This document shows, piece by piece, positions 17,486 through 27,121 of a stretch of DNA of 64,000 bases (positions are counted from its first letter, which is position 1; every line of letters starts with the position of its first letter). Source of the DNA: an uncultured Nostocoides sp. GTDB lineage: Bacteria; Actinomycetota; Actinomycetes; Actinomycetales; Dermatophilaceae. Made by a program: the position numbers and the translations under genes. The notes under the pieces were generated by a model, which was not told where the DNA came from, ran no database searches, and was given only the letters and a program-made list of their open reading frames with translations. The DNA lies in the NCBI GenBank assembly GCA_937873315.1, contig CALMQX010000036.1:89457-153456 (forward strand). The letters run 5' to 3'.

Positions 17486-19026
17486 GAATGCACCCGCGGG
17501 TGAGGTAGCTGTTCGAGCACGGCCTCGAGCTCGCCCGCCACCGAAACCGTCCGGTCGGGGCGGACAAGCGCTGCCGCTGACTTCCCGAGCCAGCCACCCA
17601 GCGCGGGAGCCTCCTTAGCGGTCACGAGCACGACATCTCTGGCGGCCAGGCGGGCCGCGCTGGAGTCCGACAGCTGATCACGGACCACGAGCACGAAGCG
17701 CTGCCCCGCCAGATCGTCGAGCCTTTGTCCGCTCGACAGCGCGATGTTGGGACACAACGTGCCGGCCAAACCATGGCCTACCCGCGCGCGGCGATTGAGG
17801 GCGGATCGGGTCAGCGCGGGAGTGGCACTACCGACCAGGCGGCCGCGCAAGCCAGGCAAGCGGACGACCATCGGCAGTAGAACCCCCCGGAGCCGATCCC
17901 CGGCCCGACCGCCACCGGTCATCGAGCGCCCCACGAAGGTCGCCAGCCGGATCAGTGAGCGCGCGTGCGGCCGCCGCTCGACCTCATAGGTATCCAGGGC
18001 ATCGGTCGCAAGGCTGCCGTTCAGGACGCCGGCGAGCTTCCAGGCCAGGTTGCCCGCGTCGCGCATCCCAGCACCCATGCCCTGCCCGATGAAGGGCGGG
18101 GTCAGGTGGGCGGCGTCTCCGAGGATGAAGACCCCATCCTGACGCCACCGATCAGCGATCTGCGCCCGGAAGGTGTACTCCCCCAGGCGGAGCAGCTCGA
18201 AGCCGCTGAGGTCGCGGACCCACGGACTCAGCAGGGGCCTGAGGCTCTCCAACGTCGAGTACGTGCTCGTGCTCTCGTCGTCCAAGAGCTCAAACTCCCA
18301 GCGATGCCGCGAGGGGCCAACCTGCATGTAGGTGGCTGCCCGGTGACTATCGCAGACCTGGTGCACGCCATCCCACTGGCCGAGGTCTCGGCTGCTGGCG
18401 ACGTCCACGACGAGCCACCGTTGCGGGGCGAAGCCGAGGTCCTTCATGGACGAACCGATGCTGGCCCGAGTCAGGCTTTTGGCGCCATCGCACCCCAGGA
18501 CGAAACGCGGCGCCGAGGTATGGCTAAGCCCTGTGCTCTTGTCGAGGAATTCGACGACCGGCCGGTCAGGGTCATCGCAACGCACTGCTGTGACCTCGAC
18601 ATTGCCCCGGAAGGTGATCAGCTCCAACTGCAGCATTCGGCGTCGCAGGATCGCCTCCAACTCCGGCTGGTCGAACATATTGGCCTGGGGGTAGCCATTG
18701 GCCGTATGCCGCTGCGTCCGAACGAAACTGGCCAGCGTGTCGTGCTTCGGCGACATCAGTCTCAGGCCGGCGCCCGGGATGGTGATGGCGGCAAAGTCAT
18801 CGGCGACACCGAGAGAACCGAGCATGCGGTAGATCTCGTCATCGAGGTGGACTGCGCGCGGCTGTGGATAGACGTCGGCCCACCGATCAAGGACCAGTGT
18901 GCGAACTCCGTTCTGGGCCAACAGAATTGCGGCCGAGACTCCGGTCGGGCCAGCCCCGATGATGATGACCTCGGGTTGCTCGACCGACGCAGCCTCCCGG
19001 TTGACGGGGTCCGTAGCGGCACTCAT
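17482..19026 (-). CDS. FAD-dependent aromatic hydroxylase (MhpA-like 3-(3-hydroxyphenyl)propionate hydroxylase family)
   Basis: 514 aa. VIIIGAGPTGVSAAILLAQNG...VLDR dinucleotide fold. DG..S and GDAAHLTPPFIGQGMGAGMRD motifs. Confidence 0.9.
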   Translation of the reverse strand: MSAATDPVNREAASVEQPEVIIIGAGPTGVSAAILLAQNGVRTLVLDRWADVYPQPRAVHLDDEIYRMLGSLGVADDFAAITIPGAGLRLMSPKHDTLASFVRTQRHTANGYPQANMFDQPELEAILRRRMLQLELITFRGNVEVTAVRCDDPDRPVVEFLDKSTGLSHTSAPRFVLGCDGAKSLTRASIGSSMKDLGFAPQRWLVVDVASSRDLGQWDGVHQVCDSHRAATYMQVGPSRHRWEFELLDDESTSTYSTLESLRPLLSPWVRDLSGFELLRLGEYTFRAQIADRWRQDGVFILGDAAHLTPPFIGQGMGAGMRDAGNLAWKLAGVLNGSLATDALDTYEVERRPHARSLIRLATFVGRSMTGGGRAGDRLRGVLLPMVVRLPGLRGRLVGSATPALTRSALNRRARVGHGLAGTLCPNIALSSGQRLDDLAGQRFVLVVRDQLSDSSAARLAARDVVLVTAKEAPALGGWLGKSAAALVRPDRTVSVAGELEAVLEQLPHPRVHS

Positions 19027-19976
19027 CGGCCAGCCTCGGGCGCGAACCGAACCACAGTGCGCTGGTACCCCAGATCGAGGACGCCATCGTCGGTCGCGAT
19101 CCGGAGCTCGACGACATCACCGTCGGCGAGGTAGTTCGGGTTCCTCGACTGGGCTCGGAAGAATGCCTTCCACTTGGTCGCCGGAGGCAGGAATGCCGCG
19201 ATCAGTTCAACCGGCTTGGCCGGCGCCTTGAGCGCGGTACCACCCGGGGTTCCGGTCAACACGAGATCCCCGGCTGCCATGGGTTGGAAGCCGGTCAGTG
19301 CAGTGATCGCTTCGAGCGGTTCATAGAGCATGTCCTGAGCGATGACCGCGTCCTGGCGCAGTGCGCCATTGACCCAGAGCCGCAAACGCAGGTCTCCAAA
19401 TCGGTCCCAGTCACCCGGCTCAAGGACCACCAGGCGCGGACCGGTCGGGGTGAACGTCGGATAGGACTTCGCCTCAAAGAACTGCGTCTTGGGCAGTTGC
19501 AGGTCGCGGGCGGACACGTCATTGGTGATGACGAGAGCGGCGATGTAGTCGGCGAGGGTTGCCTTGGTCATCGTCGTTCCCACCGGTATGTCGGTGCCGA
19601 TGATCAAGCCGACCTCCACCTCGTAGTCGAGGAAGCGGACGTGTGCCGGCTTGACGATGTCATCCATGGGACCGCTGATCGAGTGCGAGGTCTTGCGGAA
19701 GAAGGTCAGCGGGACCGTGTCCGGATTCATGCCCGAGTCGTTGATGTGGCTGACGTAATTGGTCATCTGGGCAATGAGCCGACAGGGCGCCGTCACCGGA
19801 GACTGCCACGCGCCCTCGGGCAGGGGCTGCGGGTCAGCCGCGACCGCCGCCGCGATGGCCGCGCGATCGGCGAGCAGCTCGCCGGTGGTGGCCGCGGTGG
19901 TGTCGATACGGGTGCCGGCGGTTGACGACTTCTCGACAAACCACTGGTCGTTGATGCGAACGACATTGATGCTCAT
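19023..19976 (-). CDS. fumarylacetoacetate hydrolase (FAH) family protein
   Basis: From ATG 19976 (MSINVVRINDQW...). LDYEVEVGLIIG, NDVSARDLQ and LTGTPGG motifs. Both ends have ATGA overlaps with neighbours. Confidence 0.85.
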   Translation of the reverse strand: MSINVVRINDQWFVEKSSTAGTRIDTTAATTGELLADRAAIAAAVAADPQPLPEGAWQSPVTAPCRLIAQMTNYVSHINDSGMNPDTVPLTFFRKTSHSISGPMDDIVKPAHVRFLDYEVEVGLIIGTDIPVGTTMTKATLADYIAALVITNDVSARDLQLPKTQFFEAKSYPTFTPTGPRLVVLEPGDWDRFGDLRLRLWVNGALRQDAVIAQDMLYEPLEAITALTGFQPMAAGDLVLTGTPGGTALKAPAKPVELIAAFLPPATKWKAFFRAQSRNPNYLADGDVVELRIATDDGVLDLGYQRTVVRFAPEAGR

Positions 19977-21106
19977 GAGCGGGCCACCTTCAGTAGTCCT
20001 CGAAGTCGGGCTAGGTCGAATTCGTTGTCCGGGGCGCGCAGGGCAGCAGCCACGGCTCGCGCTTCGATCAGGGCCTCGGCGCCGGGCTTGATCCCGAGGA
20101 AGTCGGCGCTGGCAGGTGGACCCCACTGCGCCAGGCCAGATGCGGTCATCGGAGCCCAGCCGGGCTCCAGGCTGGCGTCAAAGAGGTCGCCGTCGGTGAA
20201 ATGCTCGACGAGGAATCCCTTGTCGTCTCGCCAGTAGTCGAAGATCTGGCTTCCCTGGATATGCCGACCGATCCCCCACGAGCGACGGTAACCGGCATCC
20301 CCGAGGAACTCGCCGCCGGCCGCCAATGCGTCGAGGTCGGCGACCTGAAACGCGGAGTGCACGTATCGATTGCTCGGGCCGAGCGTCATCGCCAAGGTGT
20401 GATGGTCGGTCGGCTCATCGCCACGGTCGCAGCGAATGAAGCTCATGGTCGGGCCTTGGGCACGCTGGCCCTCATAGAAGAGGAAGTCGCTGACGATCAG
20501 GCCGAGGTGCTCCAGGTACCAATCCAAGGCCTCGCGGTATCGCGTGGACTGGAGCACGAGGTGGCCAAGGCGCTCGACCTTGGCGGGCTCTCGCGGCGGA
20601 CGCTGGGTCAGATTGGTGCGTGGGGTGGCGGCACCCGCGTTGTGAACGAGCGGAACCTGTCCGGCGACCTCGGGTAACGTTCGGCTGCCGTGCACCACCC
20701 GCACGCGCATGCCACTGGGGTCAACGGTGTCGAGCACGCGCCCACCGATGGACTCCGGCAGGTCGGTGACGACGCCAGCGACCCGGCCGGCCAGGCGGTC
20801 AAGGTCCGACTCGGCTGCGGCCTGGAAGGCGGCGGCGCTCAGTTTCGAGGAAGTCCCCCGCCGGACGATGACGGCCGGGGTCCCTGCGCGGGTCCCCCGC
20901 AAGTGAATCTCGTCGGCGCCCCTGTGGCTGGTGGTGAACCCGAAGGCGTGCGCGAAGGTCTCGGCGGCGACGAGGTCCGGCTTCTCGAACTCGAGCCAGG
21001 CCAGGTCGCGCACCTTGATCACCGGGTTCTTTGCCCTCCCCGGGTGCTCTCCGGCCAGGCCCCCCTGCTCGCTATGCAGGTCGTTGTGGGTGTGGTGGGT
21101 GGTCAC
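19973..21106 (-). CDS. two-domain VOC-superfamily extradiol ring-cleavage dioxygenase
   Basis: GTG 21106 is preceded by AAGGAG at 6 nt. There are two glyoxalase/VOC halves (LAWLEFEKPD..., LGHLVLQSTRYREALDWY...HHTLAM..HSAFQV). Confidence 0.75.
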   Translation of the reverse strand: MTTHHTHNDLHSEQGGLAGEHPGRAKNPVIKVRDLAWLEFEKPDLVAAETFAHAFGFTTSHRGADEIHLRGTRAGTPAVIVRRGTSSKLSAAAFQAAAESDLDRLAGRVAGVVTDLPESIGGRVLDTVDPSGMRVRVVHGSRTLPEVAGQVPLVHNAGAATPRTNLTQRPPREPAKVERLGHLVLQSTRYREALDWYLEHLGLIVSDFLFYEGQRAQGPTMSFIRCDRGDEPTDHHTLAMTLGPSNRYVHSAFQVADLDALAAGGEFLGDAGYRRSWGIGRHIQGSQIFDYWRDDKGFLVEHFTDGDLFDASLEPGWAPMTASGLAQWGPPASADFLGIKPGAEALIEARAVAAALRAPDNEFDLARLRGLLKVARS

Positions 21107-21123
21107 AGCGTCTCCTTTCGTAT

Positions 21124-21184
21124 CTGACGATAGTGTCATATACGATGCCATCGTCAGTCAAGCCTTAACTGACGAAGACGTCAG
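21124..21184. promoter_or_regulatory. two CTGACG/CGTCAG inverted repeats in the dioxygenase/TetR divergent promoter region
   Basis: CTGACGAT (21124-21131) pairs with ATCGTCAG (21150-21157). CTGACG (21169-21174) pairs with CGTCAG (21179-21184). Confidence 0.4.
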
Positions 21185-21231
21185 AACTGTCGGTGAGCGG
21201 CTAAACTCCCGAGCGTTAAGGAGGTCCGAGG

Positions 21232-21909
21232 ATGTCGGAGGCTGTGGCTGCGGCCGCACGCACGAGAGGGGAACGGCGCAGGGCGAAGACCCGCGCGGCC
21301 CTGATCCGCGCTGCCCAGCGGCTGATCGCAGAGGAACGCACCGAGGTCCCCGTGCTGGAAATCACCGAGCTGGCGGACGTCGGTCTCGGCTCCTTCTACA
21401 ACCACTTCGCCACCAAAGACGAGCTCTTTGATGCTGCCGTGGACTCGGCTCTCGAGCTGCAGGGCGCCGTGCTCGACGCATGGAGTGCCGACATCGCCGA
21501 CCCCGCCGAGGCCTTCGCGCGCAGCTTCCGGCTCACCGGTCGTGCCCATCGAGCCCTCCCCCACGTCAGCCGAGTCTTGCTGAATCGGGGGGCCGGACTC
21601 CTCCTCGCCGACCACGGCCTGGCGCCCCGAGCGCTGCGTGACATCACCCGGGGCTGTGAAGCAGGCAGGTTCCGCGTCCCCGATCCCGCGTCAGCCCTGC
21701 TCATCGTCGGCGGAGCGGCGTTGGCACTCGGACACGCGATTCACCAACAGCCCAGTGCTGATGATGAACCGCTGATCGATCAGGTCACCGAAGACCTCCT
21801 GCGGATGCTCGGCCTAGCCCCCGACGAAGCTGCCCGGGTAAGTCGCATCGAACTGCCGAGCGTCTCGGACCTGCTCCAGCAGGCCATGCCCCATCTCGAG
21901 CGAGCCTGA
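21232..21909 (+). CDS. TetR family transcriptional regulator
   Basis: 225 aa. KTRAALIRAAQRLIAEERTEVPVLEITELADVGLGSFYNHFATKDELF. GGAGG Shine-Dalgarno lies upstream. Confidence 0.85.
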   Translation: MSEAVAAAARTRGERRRAKTRAALIRAAQRLIAEERTEVPVLEITELADVGLGSFYNHFATKDELFDAAVDSALELQGAVLDAWSADIADPAEAFARSFRLTGRAHRALPHVSRVLLNRGAGLLLADHGLAPRALRDITRGCEAGRFRVPDPASALLIVGGAALALGHAIHQQPSADDEPLIDQVTEDLLRMLGLAPDEAARVSRIELPSVSDLLQQAMPHLERA

Positions 21910-21935
21910 GGCACTAGCCAGCCCGCCGGCATCCA

Positions 21936-21953
21936 GGGCGGCCGAGGCCGCCC
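21936..21953. terminator. GC-rich hairpin between convergent genes (bidirectional terminator candidate)
   Basis: GGGCGGC-cgag-GCCGCCC: 7-bp stem with a tetraloop. It lies between the TetR stop (21909) and the modC stop (21955). Confidence 0.4.
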
Positions 21954-21954
21954 G

Positions 21955-23055
21955 TCAGAGGACCGGTGCGCCATAGGCCACGACCTCGGTGGCTTTCGCG
22001 CTCAGCCAAACGGTGGCGCCGAGGTCGAGGCCCAGTTGGGCGAACGCGGCCTGAGTGATGTCAACCAGGGCGGGCGGCGCCCCATCCACGTCGAGTCGGA
22101 TCCGGTCGCGCAGGGTCTCGACACCCCGGATACGACCCGGCCAGACGTTCTGAGCGGATAGCGCGGTGGGTCGCTCAAGGTGGACCGCGATGGCGCTGGG
22201 CGCGAGCGCGACCAAGGTGGGTTGACCGACACCCAGGGTGTCACTACCGTCCGAAGCCGTGCGCAGACGACCGCCCGAGTCGGTCAGCTCGACCGATCCC
22301 GGCGCCACCAGGGTCCCCGAGTAGAGGTTGATGCCGACCAGACGCGCCACATAGTCGCTAACTGGCCGCGCGGCGACTTCGTGCGGCGGGGCGATCTGGG
22401 TGACCGCGCCGTTCTCTAGGACCAGTAGCCGGTCGGCCAGCGTCATGGCCTCCAGCGGGTCGTGAGTGATGAGCAGAGTGGGCCCATCGAAGCGCGTGAG
22501 GGCGGCCTTGAGATCCATCCGGACCTGTTGGCGGGTGCGCGCGTCAAGGGCCGCGAGCGGCTCGTCGAGCAGGAGGGCTTGCGGCGTCATCGTGAGAGCG
22601 CGGGCCATGGCGACCCGTTGGGCCTGACCGCCGGACAGTTGACGGGGCATCCGGCTGGCCAATTCAGCCAGGCCGAGGCGCTCGAGGGTTTCACTGGCGT
22701 GCGTTCGCGCGCTCTGACGTGAAGCGCCTTGTGCGCGATGGGGATAACTGACGTTGTCCAGCACCGAGAGGTGCGGAAAGAGGCGATAGTCCTGGAAGAC
22801 GACCGGGCACTGCCTCCGGGTTGGGTCCACAAAGACGCCGGCCTCCGGGTCATCCCAGGGCGTGGCCCCGAGCAGGATGCGCCCGCGCTCCAGGGCAGTC
22901 AGTCCAGCAACGGCTCGAAGCAGGGTGGTCTTGCCGGCCCCATTGGGGCCGATCACTCCCACCGTTTCGCCAGGCTGCACGACCACGGCCACGTCCAGGT
23001 GGAAGTCGCCACGGCGCACATGCGCGTCGATGGTCAGGGCCGCTGAGCTCACCAC
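21955..23055 (-). CDS. modC: molybdate ABC transporter ATP-binding protein
   Basis: Walker A GPNGAGKTT, signature LSGGQAQRV, Walker B LLLDEP. C-terminal TOBE-like domain. Confidence 0.9.
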   Translation of the reverse strand: MVSSAALTIDAHVRRGDFHLDVAVVVQPGETVGVIGPNGAGKTTLLRAVAGLTALERGRILLGATPWDDPEAGVFVDPTRRQCPVVFQDYRLFPHLSVLDNVSYPHRAQGASRQSARTHASETLERLGLAELASRMPRQLSGGQAQRVAMARALTMTPQALLLDEPLAALDARTRQQVRMDLKAALTRFDGPTLLITHDPLEAMTLADRLLVLENGAVTQIAPPHEVAARPVSDYVARLVGINLYSGTLVAPGSVELTDSGGRLRTASDGSDTLGVGQPTLVALAPSAIAVHLERPTALSAQNVWPGRIRGVETLRDRIRLDVDGAPPALVDITQAAFAQLGLDLGATVWLSAKATEVVAYGAPVL

Positions 23056-23852
23056 GAGGTGGTCCCAGGGCGCCAGCGGTCACGGAAGGCGATGAGCACC
23101 GTGACCGAGACGAGCAATAGCACCAGACTGAGCGCCACCGCCGTCGGCGGGTCGCTCTCGAAGGCCCGATACACCGCGCTCGGCATGGCCTGGGTGACTC
23201 CGGGCAGGTTGCCCGCGAAGGTCACGGTGGCACCGAACTCCCCGAGCGCCCGCGCCCACGACAGCACGGCGCCGGCCGCGATGCTGGGCCCGAGAAGCGG
23301 CAAGGTGACCGTCCGGAAGGCAAACCACCCCGAAGCACCAAGGGTGGACGCGGCCTCCACGAGTTGCTCGCCGGCCGCCCGCATCGCCCCTTCGATGGTG
23401 ACGACCATGAACGGCAAGGCCACGAAGGTCTGCGCGAGCACAACGGCGACGGTGGTGAAGGGGATCTGCCAGCCCGTCGCGGCATACAGTTGCCGTCCTA
23501 CCAGCCCGGTTCGTCCGTAGGCCAGCAGCAGGGCAACTCCGCCCACGACCGGTGGCAGCACGAGTGGGACGGTGACCAAGGCACGGATCACTCGACTCGC
23601 CCGGGAGTTGCTGCGACTCAGCAGCCAACCGAGGGGCACCCCGACGAGCAGGCACAACGCGGCACTGAGGGTCGCGGTCAGCAATGACAGCCGCAGCGCC
23701 TGCACGACGTGCGGACTGGACAGCAGACGCGGCAGGTCACGCCAGGGCGCGAGGAAGACCATAGCCAGCAGCGGGATCGTCAGGAAGGCGATCCCGAGGG
23801 CGGCCGGGCCCACAAGCGCCAGCGGTGGCCGCGTCCTGCCGCGCCGACTCAC
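23049..23852 (-). CDS. modB: molybdate ABC transporter permease
   Basis: 267 aa, 6 TM. EAA-type loop EAASTLGASGWFAFRTVTLPL and ARALGEFGATVTFAGN are typical of ModB. Confidence 0.9.
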   Translation of the reverse strand: MSRRGRTRPPLALVGPAALGIAFLTIPLLAMVFLAPWRDLPRLLSSPHVVQALRLSLLTATLSAALCLLVGVPLGWLLSRSNSRASRVIRALVTVPLVLPPVVGGVALLLAYGRTGLVGRQLYAATGWQIPFTTVAVVLAQTFVALPFMVVTIEGAMRAAGEQLVEAASTLGASGWFAFRTVTLPLLGPSIAAGAVLSWARALGEFGATVTFAGNLPGVTQAMPSAVYRAFESDPPTAVALSLVLLLVSVTVLIAFRDRWRPGTTSW

Positions 23853-24631
23853 GGCTGGACGAACCCGGCGTCCGCGAGCACCTTCTGGCCCTCGGGCGAT
23901 AGCACGTAGGCCACGAAGGTCTCGGCCAGGCTCTGGTTGGCGGTGCCGGTGACGGTCGCGATCGGGTATGCCGTGGACGCGTTGACCTCGGTCGGGATCT
24001 CGATGGCCTTCACCTTGTCTCCGGCTGCCAGTGCGTCGGTGACATAGACGACTGCGGCGTCGACCTCCCCGAGAGTGACTTTCGCGAGAGTGGCCTTGAC
24101 GTCAGCCTCCTCGGTGACCGGCTTGACGGTGAGCTGAGCGTTGGCGAACACCTTGGCCGCGGTCGCACCACAGGGGACCTCTTGCTGGCAGAGAGCGACC
24201 TTCACCCCGGGCTTGGCCAGGTCGGCCAATGCGCTGATCTGCGCCGGATTGTCGGCTGGGACGACGACCTCCATGACGTTCTTCGCGAATGGCGTCGACG
24301 CGCTGGCCTTGCCTGCGGAGACGACCGAGTCCATGGTCTTCTGAGAGGCCGAGGCAAACACATCCGCCGGGGCACCCTGGGTGATTTGGGTTGCCAGCGC
24401 CGAAGAGGCGCCATAGCTGACCGTGATCGTGGTGCCCGGATGGGCCTTCTCGAAGTTGGCGTCGATGAGGTCGAAGGCCTTCGTCAGCGACGCTGCCGCC
24501 AAGACGGTGATCGACCCGGTCGGCCCGGACGAGGCAGGCGACGTGGAGGTCGTCGACGAGCTGCTGCCGCAGGCGGCCAGGGCCAGCGCGACGACCAGGC
24601 CAGCGGGGACGGAGAACTGTCGGCGGCTCAT
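23849..24631 (-). CDS. modA: molybdate-binding periplasmic lipoprotein
   Basis: From ATG 24631 (GGAG Shine-Dalgarno): MSRRQFSVPAGLVVALALAACGSS lipobox. ModA-like body (ITVLAAASLTKAF...YGASS...DVFASAS). Confidence 0.85.
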   Translation of the reverse strand: MSRRQFSVPAGLVVALALAACGSSSSTTSTSPASSGPTGSITVLAAASLTKAFDLIDANFEKAHPGTTITVSYGASSALATQITQGAPADVFASASQKTMDSVVSAGKASASTPFAKNVMEVVVPADNPAQISALADLAKPGVKVALCQQEVPCGATAAKVFANAQLTVKPVTEEADVKATLAKVTLGEVDAAVVYVTDALAAGDKVKAIEIPTEVNASTAYPIATVTGTANQSLAETFVAYVLSPEGQKVLADAGFVQP

Positions 24632-24656
24632 GAAGGGCTCCTCTCGTGCAGGGTCG

Positions 24657-25061
24657 TCAGGCGTCGGGGATCTCGACGACGACATTGGTGGATTTGACCG
24701 TGGCCACGGCGAGCACGCCCGGTGCCAACTGCAGCTCGTCAGCGGCCTCCCGGCTCATCAGGGAGACCACCCGGAAGGGCCCCGCTTGGATCTCCACCTG
24801 GGCCATCACGGTGTCCTTGACCACCCGGGTGACCAGGCCCCGGAAGTGATTGCGGGCGCTCTGCGCGACAACCGGTTGCGCCGGCCCGCCCACGCTTTGG
24901 TCGGCGACCAGGTCGGCCAGTGCGTCACCCCGGACGGTGAGGCGCCCGGAACCGTCGCGCTCGAGGTCGACCTTGCCCGCCTCGGCCCAACGGCGCAGCG
25001 TGTCGTCGCTAACGCCGAGCAACTCGGCCGCCTGCTTGATCCGATAGCGGGGCGTCTCCAT
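24657..25061 (-). CDS. molybdenum-responsive regulator: excisionase/MerR-type HTH fused to a TOBE (Mop) domain
   Basis: YRIKQAAELLGVSDDTLRRWAEAGK, followed by NHFRGLVTRVVKDTVMAQVEIQAGPFRVVSLMSREAADELQLAPGVLAVATVKST. First gene of the mod operon. Confidence 0.75.
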   Translation of the reverse strand: METPRYRIKQAAELLGVSDDTLRRWAEAGKVDLERDGSGRLTVRGDALADLVADQSVGGPAQPVVAQSARNHFRGLVTRVVKDTVMAQVEIQAGPFRVVSLMSREAADELQLAPGVLAVATVKSTNVVVEIPDA

Positions 25062-25151
25062 GGGCGAGACGCTACCTCATCTGCGTTCCACGGAGGCAGA
25101 TTCGGTCGCTGATGCGGCCAGGTGGGATGGATCCTGAGGCGTTTGCGGAAT

Positions 25152-26132
25152 TCAGCCCAGGGGGTTGAGTCCTGTGGCCTTGACCGACTGGTCCCAGAGC
25201 CGCTCGGCATACTCGGCGTTGATCGCCCACTCCTTGACGCCGCCGGTGCTCAAGTCGGCGTGGTCAGGAGGGACGATGCCCATGATGGCGCAGTTCTCGG
25301 TGTAGACCCCGCCGTGATCGGCCAGTTCCGGCGCGGTCGCCGCCCACAGGCCGGTCGAGGCGCCTTGCTGCGGGGTCTTGAACAGCGGGTTGGGGTTGCC
25401 GTCGGCGTCGACCCAGCCGCGGGCCACCAACTCCTCGTGCGGCATATGCCGCTGGAGATCGGTCATGATGCCGCCCGGGTGGACCGAGAAGGCATGTATG
25501 CCGCGGGCCGCTCCGCGCGCGTCCAGAGCGACCGCGAACAGAGCGTTGGCGGTCTTGGCCTGACCGTAGGCGACCCACGGGTCGTACGGGGTGCTCTCGA
25601 AGTTGAGGTCATCGAAGAGCACCGGCGAGCGGTAGTGCGCGACGGAGGAGTAGGCGACCACGCGGGCGCCGTCGGCGAGCAGGTCGGCGACTCCGCCGAC
25701 GAGCGCGAAGTGGCCGAGGTGGTTGATGCCGAACTGGGACTCCCAGCCTTGCGGGGTGCGGGCATACGGGCTGGCCATCACGCCGGCCACGTTGATCACC
25801 AGGTTGATCGGGGCGCCCGCCGCCTGGATGTCTGCGGTGAAGGCGGCGACCGAGTCGAGGTCGCCGAGATCCATCGGGGCGACGGTGACGCCCTGGACGC
25901 CGGCGAGGGCTTGGGCGGCAGTCTCGGGACGGCGGGCCGGGACCACAACCGTGGCGCCCGCGGCGGTGAGCGCCTTGACGGTCTCCAGGCCGAGGCCCGA
26001 GTAGCCCCCCGTAACGATGGCGCGCTGGCCGGTCAGGTCGCGCCCGGCCAGGACCTCGGTCGCAGAGCTGCGGTATCCGAAGGGCGAGGCCAAGGGTTGC
26101 TGACGGGCGATCATCTCTGCGGTAGTGGTCAT
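25152..26132 (-). CDS. SDR-family oxidoreductase
   Basis: 326 aa. AIVTGGYSGLGLET, NVAGVM, and the S...YGQAK catalytic motif. Confidence 0.85.
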   Translation of the reverse strand: MTTTAEMIARQQPLASPFGYRSSATEVLAGRDLTGQRAIVTGGYSGLGLETVKALTAAGATVVVPARRPETAAQALAGVQGVTVAPMDLGDLDSVAAFTADIQAAGAPINLVINVAGVMASPYARTPQGWESQFGINHLGHFALVGGVADLLADGARVVAYSSVAHYRSPVLFDDLNFESTPYDPWVAYGQAKTANALFAVALDARGAARGIHAFSVHPGGIMTDLQRHMPHEELVARGWVDADGNPNPLFKTPQQGASTGLWAATAPELADHGGVYTENCAIMGIVPPDHADLSTGGVKEWAINAEYAERLWDQSVKATGLNPLG

Positions 26133-26243
26133 GGACCCACGCTACGAGTTCCTGTGCGGAAACTGCCTAGTGAAGGTGCGAGAGATTCCACGCGAGATCA
26201 TCCCGGCTATCGGCTGCCATGGCTGAGCTGAAGGGCGGCTGGC

Positions 26244-26639
26244 TCAGGCGGCACCGGACCGAGGCCACGACGGGTCCCGCCCGATGAACGCCGCGAGTCG
26301 ATCCTGAGCGGGCGCGTCGGCGGCGACCGGCATCGCGGGGCCGTACTGGCCCGACGCCCGAAGCATGTCCTCGATGGAGGACATCCCGGCCAGCAACTCT
26401 TCGCAGTGCGCGGGGTCCAGACCCGGGTCGACCCCTGCGGCCCGCGCGAGGTCCCAGGTCTGCAGGAAGACGTCGGTCGTGTAGAACCGGTCGACCGCGT
26501 CGGGTAGCGGCAGGTCCCCGACGTGCGGGTTGCTCAGCACCCGCTGCGCCGTGGCCGGGTCGTCGAGCAGGGCCTGCACGGCGGCCGCTTGGACCGCCCA
26601 CGCTCCCACCGGATCGCCGCGACGGATCGAGCCGCTCAC
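26244..26639 (-). CDS. DinB-like / TIGR03086-type protein, lacking the N-terminal third
   Basis: GTG 26639 overlaps the SRPBCC stop (GTGA). The sequence GDPVGAWAVQAAAVQALLDD...DVFLQTWDLARAAGVDPGLDPAHCEELL...DRLAAFIGRDPSW matches only the C-terminal two thirds of this family. Confidence 0.45.
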   Translation of the reverse strand: MSGSIRRGDPVGAWAVQAAAVQALLDDPATAQRVLSNPHVGDLPLPDAVDRFYTTDVFLQTWDLARAAGVDPGLDPAHCEELLAGMSSIEDMLRASGQYGPAMPVAADAPAQDRLAAFIGRDPSWPRSGAA

Positions 26640-27121
26640 AGGGCTCCCTCCGCGATGAGACGGTCCAGGGCGGCATAGCCCTCGTCGACCCCGGTCTCCA
26701 TGCCGCTGCGCAGCCATTGGTCGCGACCCTCAAAACTGTCGGTGAGCGAGAAAGCATCCAGTCGGGTACGCCCATCGCCAAGCTCGGTGAAGGTCAGGGT
26801 CTCCAGGGCCACGCCGTCGGGTTGACCCTCCCAGGTGAAGGTCTGCACGATGCGGTCCTCGCGCACGGTATGGAAGCAGCCGCGGAAGCCGAACTCCTCA
26901 CTCCCCCGCCGTGCGACATACCGCCAGCAGCCGCCGTCGCGCGCGTCCCACTCGAGGATCTCGGTGGTCAGCGAGGCCGGCCCGATCCAGCGGGCGAAGA
27001 TCTCGGGGTCGGTGTGGGCGCGGAGCAATTGCGCGGGAGTCGCCGAGAACTCCCGGCTGATCCGGATGGCGGGCACCGTCGGGTCGGCCTCGATGCGGGC
27101 CTGGGTCGGGGTGTTCATCAC
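26636..27121 (-). CDS. SRPBCC (AHSA1/START-like) domain protein
   Basis: 161 aa. IRISREFSATPAQLLRAHTDPEIFARWIGP...GGCWRYV...FRGCFHTV. This is the common ArsR-SRPBCC pair. Confidence 0.8.
   Translation of the reverse strand: MMNTPTQARIEADPTVPAIRISREFSATPAQLLRAHTDPEIFARWIGPASLTTEILEWDARDGGCWRYVARRGSEEFGFRGCFHTVREDRIVQTFTWEGQPDGVALETLTFTELGDGRTRLDAFSLTDSFEGRDQWLRSGMETGVDEGYAALDRLIAEGAL

Noticed and set aside
25122-26231. 369-aa plus-strand ORF
   Set aside because: It is the antisense shadow of the SDR gene, which has TGxxxGxG and YxxxK motifs.
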